Shown: positions 29,545 to 38,289 of the stretch, piece by piece | Position numbering within the stretch: position 1 is the stretch's first letter | Layout: the number at the start of each line of letters is the position of its first letter | Origin: Chloroflexota bacterium | Lineage (GTDB): Bacteria > Chloroflexota > UBA11872 > VXOZ01 | NCBI GenBank assembly: GCA_965221905.1 | Contig: OZ244922.1 | Location: 224,001-288,000 of the forward strand | DNA: 64,000 nucleotides | Direction of reading: 5' to 3' | Made by a program: the position numbers and the translations under genes | Notes under the pieces: model-generated | Database searches by the model: none | What the model was told of the DNA's origin: nothing | The model's input: only the letters and a program-made list of their open reading frames with translations

Positions 29545-29777
29545 GTCCGTACATGCTTCGACAGGCTCAGCACGAACGGACTAGCGGAAGCCTAGCGCAG
29601 CGGCCTCAGCGCGAACGGTCCAGTGGTAACTTGGTGAAGTGGTTTCAGCACGAACGGGCTAGCGGGAACTTGGTGAAGCAGTTTCAGCACGAACGGACTA
29701 GCGGAATCTTGGCGTAGCGGCCTCGGCACGAGCGGTCCAGTGGGAACTTGGTGAAGCGGTGTCAGCATGAACGGACG
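29545..29777. repeat. Family-C REP followed by a 39-bp tandem array (5 full units plus 1 partial)
   Basis: Units begin at 29569, 29608, 29647, 29686, 29725, 29764 with agcacgaacgg-like heads. Confidence 0.9.
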
Positions 29778-29989
29778 TTTCGGCACACCGTGTCTTGTGA
29801 ATTTCCCCGCTTGGTGAAGAGACGCCCTATTGACTAATTATGCCTTTGAGTCAAAGACATTGGTGGGAATGGGAATGCCGTGCTCGCCTTCGCTACAATA
29901 TTGAACGGGGAGACGACACAGAAGGGGTGTGGCGAATCGGGCGGACTGTGGCGAGGTCAAGGTAGGGGATTACAGGAAGGAATAAGCAC

Positions 29990-30739
29990 GTGGGGCGATT
30001 TGAAGATCAAGTAGCGATTGTGACCGGCGCCGGCAGCGGCATTGGCTTGGGCATTGCGGAGCGGCTTGGGAGCGAAGGGGCAAAGGTGCTCATCACTGAC
30101 ATTGACGGTGCCACAGCGGATGAGGCGGTTGCTGCGCTCACCATGCAGGGAATAACCGCGCTGGCTGTTTGCGGCGACACGGCAGAGGAGTCGACGAGTC
30201 AGCGCGCCGTGGCGCAGGCTATGGCGGCGTGGGGCCGCATCGACATACTCGTAAACAACACCGGCATCATCGGCCAAACGGCGCCGCTGTGGGAACTGCC
30301 GGTGAGCGAGTTGGACCGCGTCTATGGGGTGAATCTGCGCGGTACGTATCTCTTCTGCCAGCAGGCGATTCCCCACATGCTCGCCCGGGACTACGGCCGC
30401 ATCGTGAACATGGCGTCGATTGCGGGTAAAGAGGGCAACCCCAACATGGTGCCCTACTCCGCAACCAAAGCCGCCGTTATCGGCCTTACAAAATCACTCG
30501 GCAAGGAACTGGCGGAGACCGGCATCCGCGTAAACTGTATTACCCCGGCGGTCGTCCGTACCCCGATTTGGGAGCAGACCACGGCGGCGCAGATGGACAT
30601 GCTGCTGGCGCGCATTCCCATGAAGCGCAGCGGCGAGATTGCCGAGGTAGCGGCGCTGGCGGCCTGGCTGGCGTCGGCTGAGTGCTCGTTTAGCACCGGC
30701 GCCGTCTTCGATCTCAGCGGCGGCCGCGCGACGTATTAA
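29990..30739 (+). CDS. SDR family oxidoreductase
   Basis: TGAGSGIG, NNTG, ASIAGKEGNP, YSATK. Confidence 0.92.
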   Translation: MGRFEDQVAIVTGAGSGIGLGIAERLGSEGAKVLITDIDGATADEAVAALTMQGITALAVCGDTAEESTSQRAVAQAMAAWGRIDILVNNTGIIGQTAPLWELPVSELDRVYGVNLRGTYLFCQQAIPHMLARDYGRIVNMASIAGKEGNPNMVPYSATKAAVIGLTKSLGKELAETGIRVNCITPAVVRTPIWEQTTAAQMDMLLARIPMKRSGEIAEVAALAAWLASAECSFSTGAVFDLSGGRATY

Positions 30740-30772
30740 TGGATGGTCCTCCCCCAAAACTGTGCGCCCGGC

Positions 30773-31915
30773 CTAGATGAACGCCGTGGAACCGTCGGGA
30801 TTCACGTCGAACGGGCGGTGCCAGGAGCGGATGGGCCGGTCGCGTACGAAGTCCTCATTCAGGGTGATGCCCCAGCCGGGAGTTTCGGGAATCTCTAGGT
30901 AGCCATCCGTGAGTTTGACCGGCTCCTCTAGCATGTCGCGGCGCGGCGACTCGTCGTCGGCGTGGTACTCCAGGATGATGAAGTTGTGGGTGGCCGCGGC
31001 AAAGTGGACGTTTACCGCAGTCGCTACCGGACCCAGCGGGTTGTGCGGCGCAACTTTGACGTAGTGCGCTTCGGCGAGCGCGGCGATCTTGCGCATCTCG
31101 GTCAGGCCGCCGCAGACGCAGATATCCGGCTGGATGATGGTCGCGGCTTGCTTTTCCAATAGCTCCCGAAAGCCGAAAGACGTGTAGAGCATCTCGCCCG
31201 TGGCAACGGGCACCGGCGACTTCTGCGCGAACCAGGCGAGGGCATCGATGTTCTCAGGGCGCAGCGGCTCCTCGAAGAAGAACGGCTGGGAAGGCGCGAC
31301 TGCTGCCGCCATCTCCAGGGCGCGGGCCGGCTCGAAAATGCGGGCGTGGGGATCGAGCCCGATGTCCACGTCCGGGCCCACGGCTTCCCGCACTGCCGCG
31401 ATGCGATCACCGGCCGCAGCCACCACGGCATTCCAAGACATCTGGCTCGCGTTCGGCGGATGCGGCGCCATCTTGAGCGCCGTATAGCCGTATTTTTCTA
31501 CGAGCGCTTTTGCACTTTCCGCGCAGGCTTCCGGCGTCGCCCCGCCGCAACCCTGGTACACGCGAATGCGGTCGCGGCACTTGCCGCCGAGCATGCGGTA
31601 CACCGGCTGCCCGGCCGCCTTGCCGCTGATGTCCCATAGGGCATGGTCGATGCCGCTAATAGCGGCGTTGATCACCGAGCCGCCCGGAAAGCGCGAGTGC
31701 AGGTACATGTGGTACCAAATGCCGTTGATGTCGCGGGGATCTTTGCCCACGATCCAGTCGGCGAAATCACTAATCGCGGCCGCCACTGCCTGGTTCGGCC
31801 CCACCGGATACGCTTCGCCAATGCCGCTGATGCCTTCGGAGGTGTTTATTTTCACTATAAGTACGTCGCGCGATGCGATCGGCGCGGCAAAGGTCTCGAC
31901 GGACGTGATCTTCAT
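30773..31915 (-). CDS. Mandelate racemase/enolase-superfamily dehydratase (DgoD-like)
   Basis: AISGIDHALWDI.GK, LGGKCRDRIRVY, D-E-E ligands (DPH, FEEP, TGE), QPD, APHNP. Confidence 0.88.
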   Translation of the reverse strand: MKITSVETFAAPIASRDVLIVKINTSEGISGIGEAYPVGPNQAVAAAISDFADWIVGKDPRDINGIWYHMYLHSRFPGGSVINAAISGIDHALWDISGKAAGQPVYRMLGGKCRDRIRVYQGCGGATPEACAESAKALVEKYGYTALKMAPHPPNASQMSWNAVVAAAGDRIAAVREAVGPDVDIGLDPHARIFEPARALEMAAAVAPSQPFFFEEPLRPENIDALAWFAQKSPVPVATGEMLYTSFGFRELLEKQAATIIQPDICVCGGLTEMRKIAALAEAHYVKVAPHNPLGPVATAVNVHFAAATHNFIILEYHADDESPRRDMLEEPVKLTDGYLEIPETPGWGITLNEDFVRDRPIRSWHRPFDVNPDGSTAFI

Positions 31916-32213
31916 TGCGTATTACTCCCGTAGCGTGGTGTACATGGAGGAAGAGGACACGGAAAGCTGTTGTTGCCCTCACCCTAGCCCTCTCTCACGG
32001 GGAGAGGGGATGATTCTGCTACCCAAAGTGTATACTATGGCTTCCCAGACCCGGAATCCAAAGTCTTTGGCCGCATGAGGATTTCGCAGAGCCGGGGACG
32101 AGGCACCGGGAAACGCACGGCGTATGCGCTTGCGGAGTGCGCGCTAATAATGGTGATGAGATCCGACAGACGGATGCGCCCGATGCCATCATTCCTAACC
32201 GTGTGCACAAGCC

Positions 32214-32442
32214 CGTCACTTCCGCGAAAGCGGAAATCCATCTTCTATGCGCCGCGTGATTTGCGTCCGGGTCCGGAGCGGGGGAGAAGCCCCCGCGCTA
32301 CAGATGCGGAGTAGGCATTTTGGGGTGGCGTGAATGCCAAGAATCACGTGTATCCAATGCCGTCATTCCCGCACAAGCGGGAATCCATCTTCGTGCGCAG
32401 CGTCGGTCGCGCCCAGAGCGGGGGACAAGCCCCCGCGCTACA
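32214..32442. repeat. Duplicated composite of family D + family B REPs
   Basis: cgtca(c/t)t(t/c)ccgc..aagcgg.aatccatcttc ... gagcggg(g)ga(g/c)aagcccccgcgctacag twice. Confidence 0.8.
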
Positions 32443-32510
32443 GTGAGAAGAGAACGACTACCCGCGCCGCCAATTATAGCGGTTTCAAGTCTACCGAATT
32501 GTTGTGCTTG

Positions 32511-33482
32511 TTACGCGCACACCGGATGATCGGCGGACCAGCGGTTGAAGTTCTCGGTAGAGGAGGCGGCCAGTTTAGGGCGGGCATCATCCCACATTTG
32601 GGTCCACGTTGTGGAATCGCGGAGTTCCGACTCAGGATTGGCGCGGCTGCGGGCCGCGAACCCGGGGAAGACTGGGCGACCGGTGGGTTGACCGATCGGC
32701 TGGTAGCGCAGGTCGAAGCTCCAGCGCACCTCGTCCTGGGTCTTATTGTCGTAAGAGCAGTGCATGGTCTTGCTGTGCATGAGCAGAATGCTTCCCGCCT
32801 GCATGGGCAGCGGCACGGCGTTCGCAATGTCCACAAGCTTTTCCGGTATCCAGACGCCGCCGACGCCCGGGCAGTGTACTGCGAGTTCATCCTCCCGGTG
32901 CGAGTAGGGCACGACGTACATGCAGCTATTCTCGATGGTGGCATCGTTCAAGGGCAGCCACACCGTCAGCATCTCGGTCTCGTCCGCCTCTTCCACCACC
33001 ACGCCGTTGTCTTGGTGCCAGGGCACGGCTACGGCGAGGTTAGAAGGATTCTTCACGTGGACGACGTGACGCGGCAGCTTCATGCGGACGTGCTGTACGG
33101 GGTTGGAGAGAATCTCAGGCCCGATAATGCTCTCCGCACAGTCTAGCAGACGAGAGTTCACGAGCAGATTGAAGACGGCCTCGCCCGTGTGCATTGGCGC
33201 ATCGGCTCCCTCGGCTTTCTGCGGCAGTGAGATGTCGAATGCCTGGGTGAAGATTTGGCCGCTCTCATCACATACTTGAATCAGGCGCTGCGCAAACGAC
33301 AGGTCGGCATACGTCGAGGAAAGGACACCCTCCGCGAAGAGATCGTGGGCGATGCCATCCAACACGTCGCCGTACTCCGCCATCACCGGCGCCAGGTCTT
33401 CCTCCGGGTCGAGAACGTCGTCTACGACCACGTACCCTTGGTCATCAAGATGATCGAGTTGCGCTTGCGTCAAGCCGGCCAT
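32511..33482 (-). CDS. Phytanoyl-CoA dioxygenase (PhyH) family 2OG-Fe(II) dioxygenase
   Basis: PWHQD, TVWLPLNDA..ENSC, MHCS, RWSFDLRY. Confidence 0.9.
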   Translation of the reverse strand: MAGLTQAQLDHLDDQGYVVVDDVLDPEEDLAPVMAEYGDVLDGIAHDLFAEGVLSSTYADLSFAQRLIQVCDESGQIFTQAFDISLPQKAEGADAPMHTGEAVFNLLVNSRLLDCAESIIGPEILSNPVQHVRMKLPRHVVHVKNPSNLAVAVPWHQDNGVVVEEADETEMLTVWLPLNDATIENSCMYVVPYSHREDELAVHCPGVGGVWIPEKLVDIANAVPLPMQAGSILLMHSKTMHCSYDNKTQDEVRWSFDLRYQPIGQPTGRPVFPGFAARSRANPESELRDSTTWTQMWDDARPKLAASSTENFNRWSADHPVCA

Positions 33483-33719
33483 TTCTTGCTGCTCCTAGTC
33501 TTGCACAGTGAACCGTATGAACTTGCGGTAGGTGCCAAATCCGTTGCTCTTCGCACTCTTCTATCTGTCTTGTACCAAAATAATACATCCAGAGCACTTT
33601 AGGCAAGCCCCCAAGTAACTGTTGGGAGCGGGGAACAAGCCCCCCGCGCCACGGGAAGTGAAGAAGCCTAGGCTCCAGCCACTCGGGGCGGCTTCGAGTC
33701 TCCCAAATCGTCAGGTCCG

Positions 33720-34688
33720 TTACGCGCAGACCGGATGGTCGGCAGACCAACGGTTGAAGTTCTTTCTTGAGGAATCGGCCAGTCTAGGGCGCACATCTTC
33801 CCAAAGCTGAGCCCACGTGTCGGCATCGCGCAGTTCCGAATCAGCATTGGCGCGGCTGCGGGCCACAAAATCAGGAAACAGCGGGCGACCGGTGGGTTGA
33901 CCGATAGGCTGGTAGCGTAGATCGAAACTCCAGCGCACCTCGTCCTGGGTTGTATTGTCGTAGGAGCAGTGCATGGTCCTGCGGTGCATGAAAAGCACGC
34001 TGCCGGCCTGCATGGGCAGCGGCACGGCATGCGCCAGGTCCACAAGCTTTTCCGGAATACTGAGGCCACCAACGCCCGGGCAATGTACGGCCATGTCGTC
34101 CCGGTGCGAGTAGGGCACCACGTTCATGCAGCTATTCTCGACGGTGGCGTCGTTCAAAGCCAGCCACACCGTGAGCATCTCGGTCTCGTCCGCCTCTTCC
34201 ACCACCACGCCGTTGTCCTGGTGCCAGGGCGTTGGTTGGGCGAGGCCGTTCCTCCCCTCCGTGTGCACCGCGCGGCGCGGTAACTTCATCCGCACGTGCT
34301 GTATCGGGTTGGAAAGGATTTCCGGGCCCATTATGCTCTCGACGCAATTGAGCAGGCGTGCGTTGATGAGCAGATTGAAGACGGCCGGGCCCGTGTGCAT
34401 GGGCGCGTCGGCGCGCTCGGCACTCTGCGGCAGCGAGATGTCGAAAGGCTGGGTGAAGAGCTGGCGGCTTTCGTCGCAGACTTGGATGAGCCGCTTGTCG
34501 AACGGCAGGTCGGCGTACGTCGAGGCGAGCACCCCTTCGGCGTAGAGATCGCGGGCGATGCCATCTAACACCTCGCCGTATTCCGCCATTACCGGCGCCA
34601 GGTCTTGTTGCGGATCGAGGACGTCTTTCACGACCACGTATCCTTGTTCATCAAGTTGATCGAGTTGCGCTTGCGTCAGGCTGGCCAT
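33720..34688 (-). CDS. PhyH family dioxygenase, tandem paralog
   Basis: Same motifs; closely similar to 32511-33482 along the full length. Confidence 0.9.
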   Translation of the reverse strand: MASLTQAQLDQLDEQGYVVVKDVLDPQQDLAPVMAEYGEVLDGIARDLYAEGVLASTYADLPFDKRLIQVCDESRQLFTQPFDISLPQSAERADAPMHTGPAVFNLLINARLLNCVESIMGPEILSNPIQHVRMKLPRRAVHTEGRNGLAQPTPWHQDNGVVVEEADETEMLTVWLALNDATVENSCMNVVPYSHRDDMAVHCPGVGGLSIPEKLVDLAHAVPLPMQAGSVLFMHRRTMHCSYDNTTQDEVRWSFDLRYQPIGQPTGRPLFPDFVARSRANADSELRDADTWAQLWEDVRPRLADSSRKNFNRWSADHPVCA

Positions 34689-35331
34689 TGCCTAATTCCC
34701 CCTGCCTTCAAGATCGAACCGCTTGTATAAATGACTTCAATTGCTACCAAGACCGTGAGCCTTGGCACCTTCTGCCTATTTGCTCCCAAAGTAATACAAC
34801 CGGAGTACTTTAGGCAAGCCCCCAGTTGTCCGCGAAGACTGGGGTGCGCTCTCAGAACGCCCAAGACGCGGAGCCCCACACCCAACACGTTCTCTCTGCG
34901 TCCATTGGCTGCTCATTCCTATTCAGTGTGCTAGGACTTGTGATGCTATGCTCAAACTCTCTGCCGACCAGTGTCATGTCAAGTCATACGGAGTTTTGTC
35001 CTGTGCTTTGGCAAGGGGCTAAGCGCTGCCAATATATCCTGCCGGCTTTGCTGTGTAAGGAAGCCGCTGGCGCCGGTAATCCGGCGCAAGATACGAGAAC
35101 TGTAGAGCTCGGAACTGTATCGCTTGGCTGAGGAAGCAAGCATTGGCTGACTGTCCCTGGCCCGGGTGGACGCAGGTTCCAAACCTGCGCTACCAGGATG
35201 CGGTTGCCGCTAGACGCTCCCTCTGGTCCTAGCCCTAATGGCAAAGCGGCCGCCAGCGAAAGTACGAGACCCCCCCCCAGCCCAATGCCGTATTACAATA
35301 TTAGAAGAAGGGGAGGCACCGGAGAGTTGCC

Positions 35332-35775
35332 ATGCATTACTTGATCCAGCACCATACTCGCGCACTTTGCGGTCTGTTGATTATCTGGCTTCTCGTTGCG
35401 TGCGGCGGTGTTGGGGATACCCCGGCGGCCGAAGTGGAGCGTCAAGCTGGTATGGGTGCCGCAGCCGGCAAACCGGTCGACACCGAAGAGGCAGCGGTCG
35501 CCGCGGTGCATGCGCATCTGTTCCAGATCACTTCTTGTCGGACAGCGAGTGATCGCTTGGAGGCAGACTTTGCTGGAGGCAGCTTCGATGCGCGCTTGAC
35601 CTCGGCGTATTCGATCCGGTCGCAGAATCCGGTATGGGAGGTGGGTTTTGCGGGAGACCTCCACATTCCGTACGTCATCTGGTTTGTGGAACAGAGCGAC
35701 GGCACGGTGCTGGCAAGTATCAGCGCGGCGACCTACTACGAATCACCGCTCATTCACATGTGCCATCAAATCTGA
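35332..35775 (+). CDS. Hypothetical lipoprotein
   Basis: Signal peptide with LVAC lipobox; GGAG RBS; no recognised domain. Confidence 0.6.
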   Translation: MHYLIQHHTRALCGLLIIWLLVACGGVGDTPAAEVERQAGMGAAAGKPVDTEEAAVAAVHAHLFQITSCRTASDRLEADFAGGSFDARLTSAYSIRSQNPVWEVGFAGDLHIPYVIWFVEQSDGTVLASISAATYYESPLIHMCHQI

Positions 35776-36054
35776 GCGCCAATTGGCATGCTAGCCTCGT
35801 ACTCCTGGGTCCACGGGGAGAATCCCCCAATCGGGACAAAGCGCCCTTCGCCTGTACATGGGTTGGTGCGCTGCAACTGCGCAACTAACTTGGCAATCAT
35901 GAAAGAGTACACTTCTGCGATTGCCAGGACATCTTGGGCATAGGGAGCAATGCTTGGCAGCGCGATCAATCTATGTGCTGAGGGCAGACGAATACCGGGT
36001 AGGGTATGGTGAAAACACTCCGACCCAAGAGTAAGCACACGAGGTACCTATTTC

Positions 36055-36662
36055 ATGGAGAAACCGGCCAATACAGACCATCCAATTCATGATCTGATCC
36101 GGCGGCGCTGGAGTCCGCGGGCCTTTGCGGCGCGTCCGGTGGAGGCAGAGAAGCTCGCGAGCCTCTTCGAGGCTGCGCGCTGGGCGCCGTCATCCTTCAA
36201 TGGACAGCCCTGGCACTACATCGTTGCCACCAAAGACGATGAGGCGGCGTTCGCGCGGCTCCTGAATTGCTTGCGCCCCCAGAATATCCGGTGGGCGCAG
36301 CACGCGCCGGTGCTGATCATTGCGGTAGCGCAGCTATCCATGTCGCCGGAGCGCGGGCCCAACCGCCACGCTTTTCACGACGTGGGTCTGGCCAATGAGA
36401 ATCTCGTTCTCCAAGCGGTGGCGTTAGGGCTGGTTGCACACCAAATGGCCGGATTCTTTCCGGAGAAAGCACGCGAGACTTTCGGTATTCCGGCGGGCTA
36501 CGAAGCGCTCACCGCAATTGCGGTGGGTTATCCGGGTGATCCGGAGGAATTGAAGGAAGAGACGAAGGCACGGAACGCCAACCCCGCGAACGCAAGCCGC
36601 TTAGTGCCTTCGTGTTTTCCGATAGCTGGGGCCTGGGGTGGACGCCAGCGGGAGGCGAATAG
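36055..36662 (+). pseudogene. Nitroreductase family protein with apparent 1-bp frameshift at ~36572
   Basis: RRWSPRAF, ARWAPSSFN.QPW, HQMAGF, IAVGYPG; expected C-terminus RERQPRERKPL..FVF.D.WG lies in another frame ending TAG 36660-36662. Confidence 0.75.
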
Positions 36663-36946
36663 AATCCACACTTCAACCATCGAGGTGAAGAATGCGGTCC
36701 ACATCATATGCTGCAATCTCCGGTAGCGCAGGTTTGTAACCTGCGTAAATCGGATGAGTTCAGGGATAATTGCTTAGCCGCTGAGGCTAGATTCAACGTT
36801 TCAGCCTGAGCCTTGCTGGCACCAAGCACAATGGCTGTCCGCCCGTTCGTGTTGAGCACTTCGGCAGGCGCAGCGCAGGCTCTGTCGAACCACGTACGGC
36901 ATCGGCCGGACAGCACCGCATGTTTAAAAACCCTTGCGTTGACCAA

Positions 36947-38128
36947 TCAATGGTGGAACAGCCGCAGGTTGGCAAACGCCATGACCATACCGTAGTCGTT
37001 CGCTGCGTCGATCACCTCATCATCGCGATTGGAGCCGCCGGTCTGCACCACGTAGCGCACGCCGCTGCGCGAGGCGCGGTCGATGTTGTCGCGGAACGGG
37101 AAGAATGCATCCGAGCTCAGCGCAACGTCCTGCAACGTATCCAGCCACCGGCGCTTCTCCTTTGCCGCAAGACGGTCGGGCGGTGTAGTGAACGCCTGGA
37201 GCCAAGCCTGCGTTTCGGCTGGAGTGAGTTCCTCCAAGAGAAAGCGGTCGATAGCGTTGTTCCTCTCGGCGCGCGACAGTTTCGGTTGGAGGGCAAGCCC
37301 CAGCACGGTCGGATGCTGGCGGAGATACCAGAGGTCTGCCTTGGCAGCGGCGAGCCGCGTGCAGTGAATGCGCGACTGCTGTCCCGCGCCCAAGCCGATG
37401 ACCTGTCCGTCGCGAGCGAGGCAGACGGAGTTCGATTGGGTGTACTTCACTGCGAGTGTGGCCAACAGCAGGTCGCGTACCGCCGCAGCCGGCAACGCCG
37501 TCTCAGCGGTTACGATCTCTTGAAACAGTTCCGGGCCCGGTATGCGGTCATTGCGGCGCTGCTCGAACGTGATGCCGAAGACCTCGCGCCGTTCGAGCAT
37601 GGGCGGCGCGTAGTCCGGATCGATTTGGAGCACCAGGTAGCCGCCGCCCTTCTTGCGTCGGAGTATTTTGAGGGCCTCCGGTTCGTAGCCGGGAGCGATC
37701 ACGCCGTCGGATACCTCACGGCGGAGCAACTGCGCGGTCGGCACGTCCACCACGTCGCTGAGCGCGGCCATGTCGCCAAACGAAGAGATGCTATCGACGC
37801 CGCGCGCGCGCGCATAGGCCGTTGCAAGCGGCGTAAGCGCAATCTTGCCCACTGCATAGGCTTGGCGCAGGGGCTCACTGAGCGGTACACCCACGGCGGC
37901 GCCGGCCGGGCTGACGTGCTTGAACGAGGCAGCCGCCGGCAACTCCAGAGTGTCGCGGAGTTCTTTGACCAGTTGCCAAGCGTTGAGCGCATCCAGCAGG
38001 TTGATGTACCCGGGCGCGCCATTGAGCACGGTGAAGGGCAGGGGGTTGCTGCCTTCACCGCGCAATGCACGCGCCGGGGTCTGATGCGGGTTCACGCCGT
38101 ACCGTAGGGGTAGATCGTTGCTGCTCAT
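36947..38128 (-). CDS. purH: AICAR transformylase (short PurH lacking the IMP cyclohydrolase domain)
   Basis: LRYGVNPHQ, SFKHVSPAG, KYTQSNSV, GQQSRIHC, SSDAFFPF, RLFHH. Confidence 0.92.
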   Translation of the reverse strand: MSSNDLPLRYGVNPHQTPARALRGEGSNPLPFTVLNGAPGYINLLDALNAWQLVKELRDTLELPAAASFKHVSPAGAAVGVPLSEPLRQAYAVGKIALTPLATAYARARGVDSISSFGDMAALSDVVDVPTAQLLRREVSDGVIAPGYEPEALKILRRKKGGGYLVLQIDPDYAPPMLERREVFGITFEQRRNDRIPGPELFQEIVTAETALPAAAVRDLLLATLAVKYTQSNSVCLARDGQVIGLGAGQQSRIHCTRLAAAKADLWYLRQHPTVLGLALQPKLSRAERNNAIDRFLLEELTPAETQAWLQAFTTPPDRLAAKEKRRWLDTLQDVALSSDAFFPFRDNIDRASRSGVRYVVQTGGSNRDDEVIDAANDYGMVMAFANLRLFHH

Positions 38129-38289
38129 TGCGCTTTCGGTCCTTCCTCGGGAGCACTAGTCTTGGTTAATGCGCGCCTCAGGCTGGCGCGTTTTCCATCG
38201 TCCTCGCATGGCTATGCCAAGCTACTTTTTTCGTACACCGTTGCAGTTGATTGCCGCGTTTTCCTTCTTCGCGTCCCGGCTTGATTGAA

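Noticed and set aside
29569-29777. Possible CRISPR array
   Set aside because: The whole 39-bp unit is homologous between copies with no unique spacers, the heads are degenerate and no cas genes are nearby.
35270-35278. C9 homopolymer upstream of a lipoprotein gene as a phase-variation tract
   Set aside because: A single short tract in GC-rich DNA; cannot be supported without read-level length variation.
38129-38289. Expected ZMP/ZTP riboswitch upstream of purH
   Set aside because: No GACTGGCG or CGCCTGGGC motifs on the minus strand.
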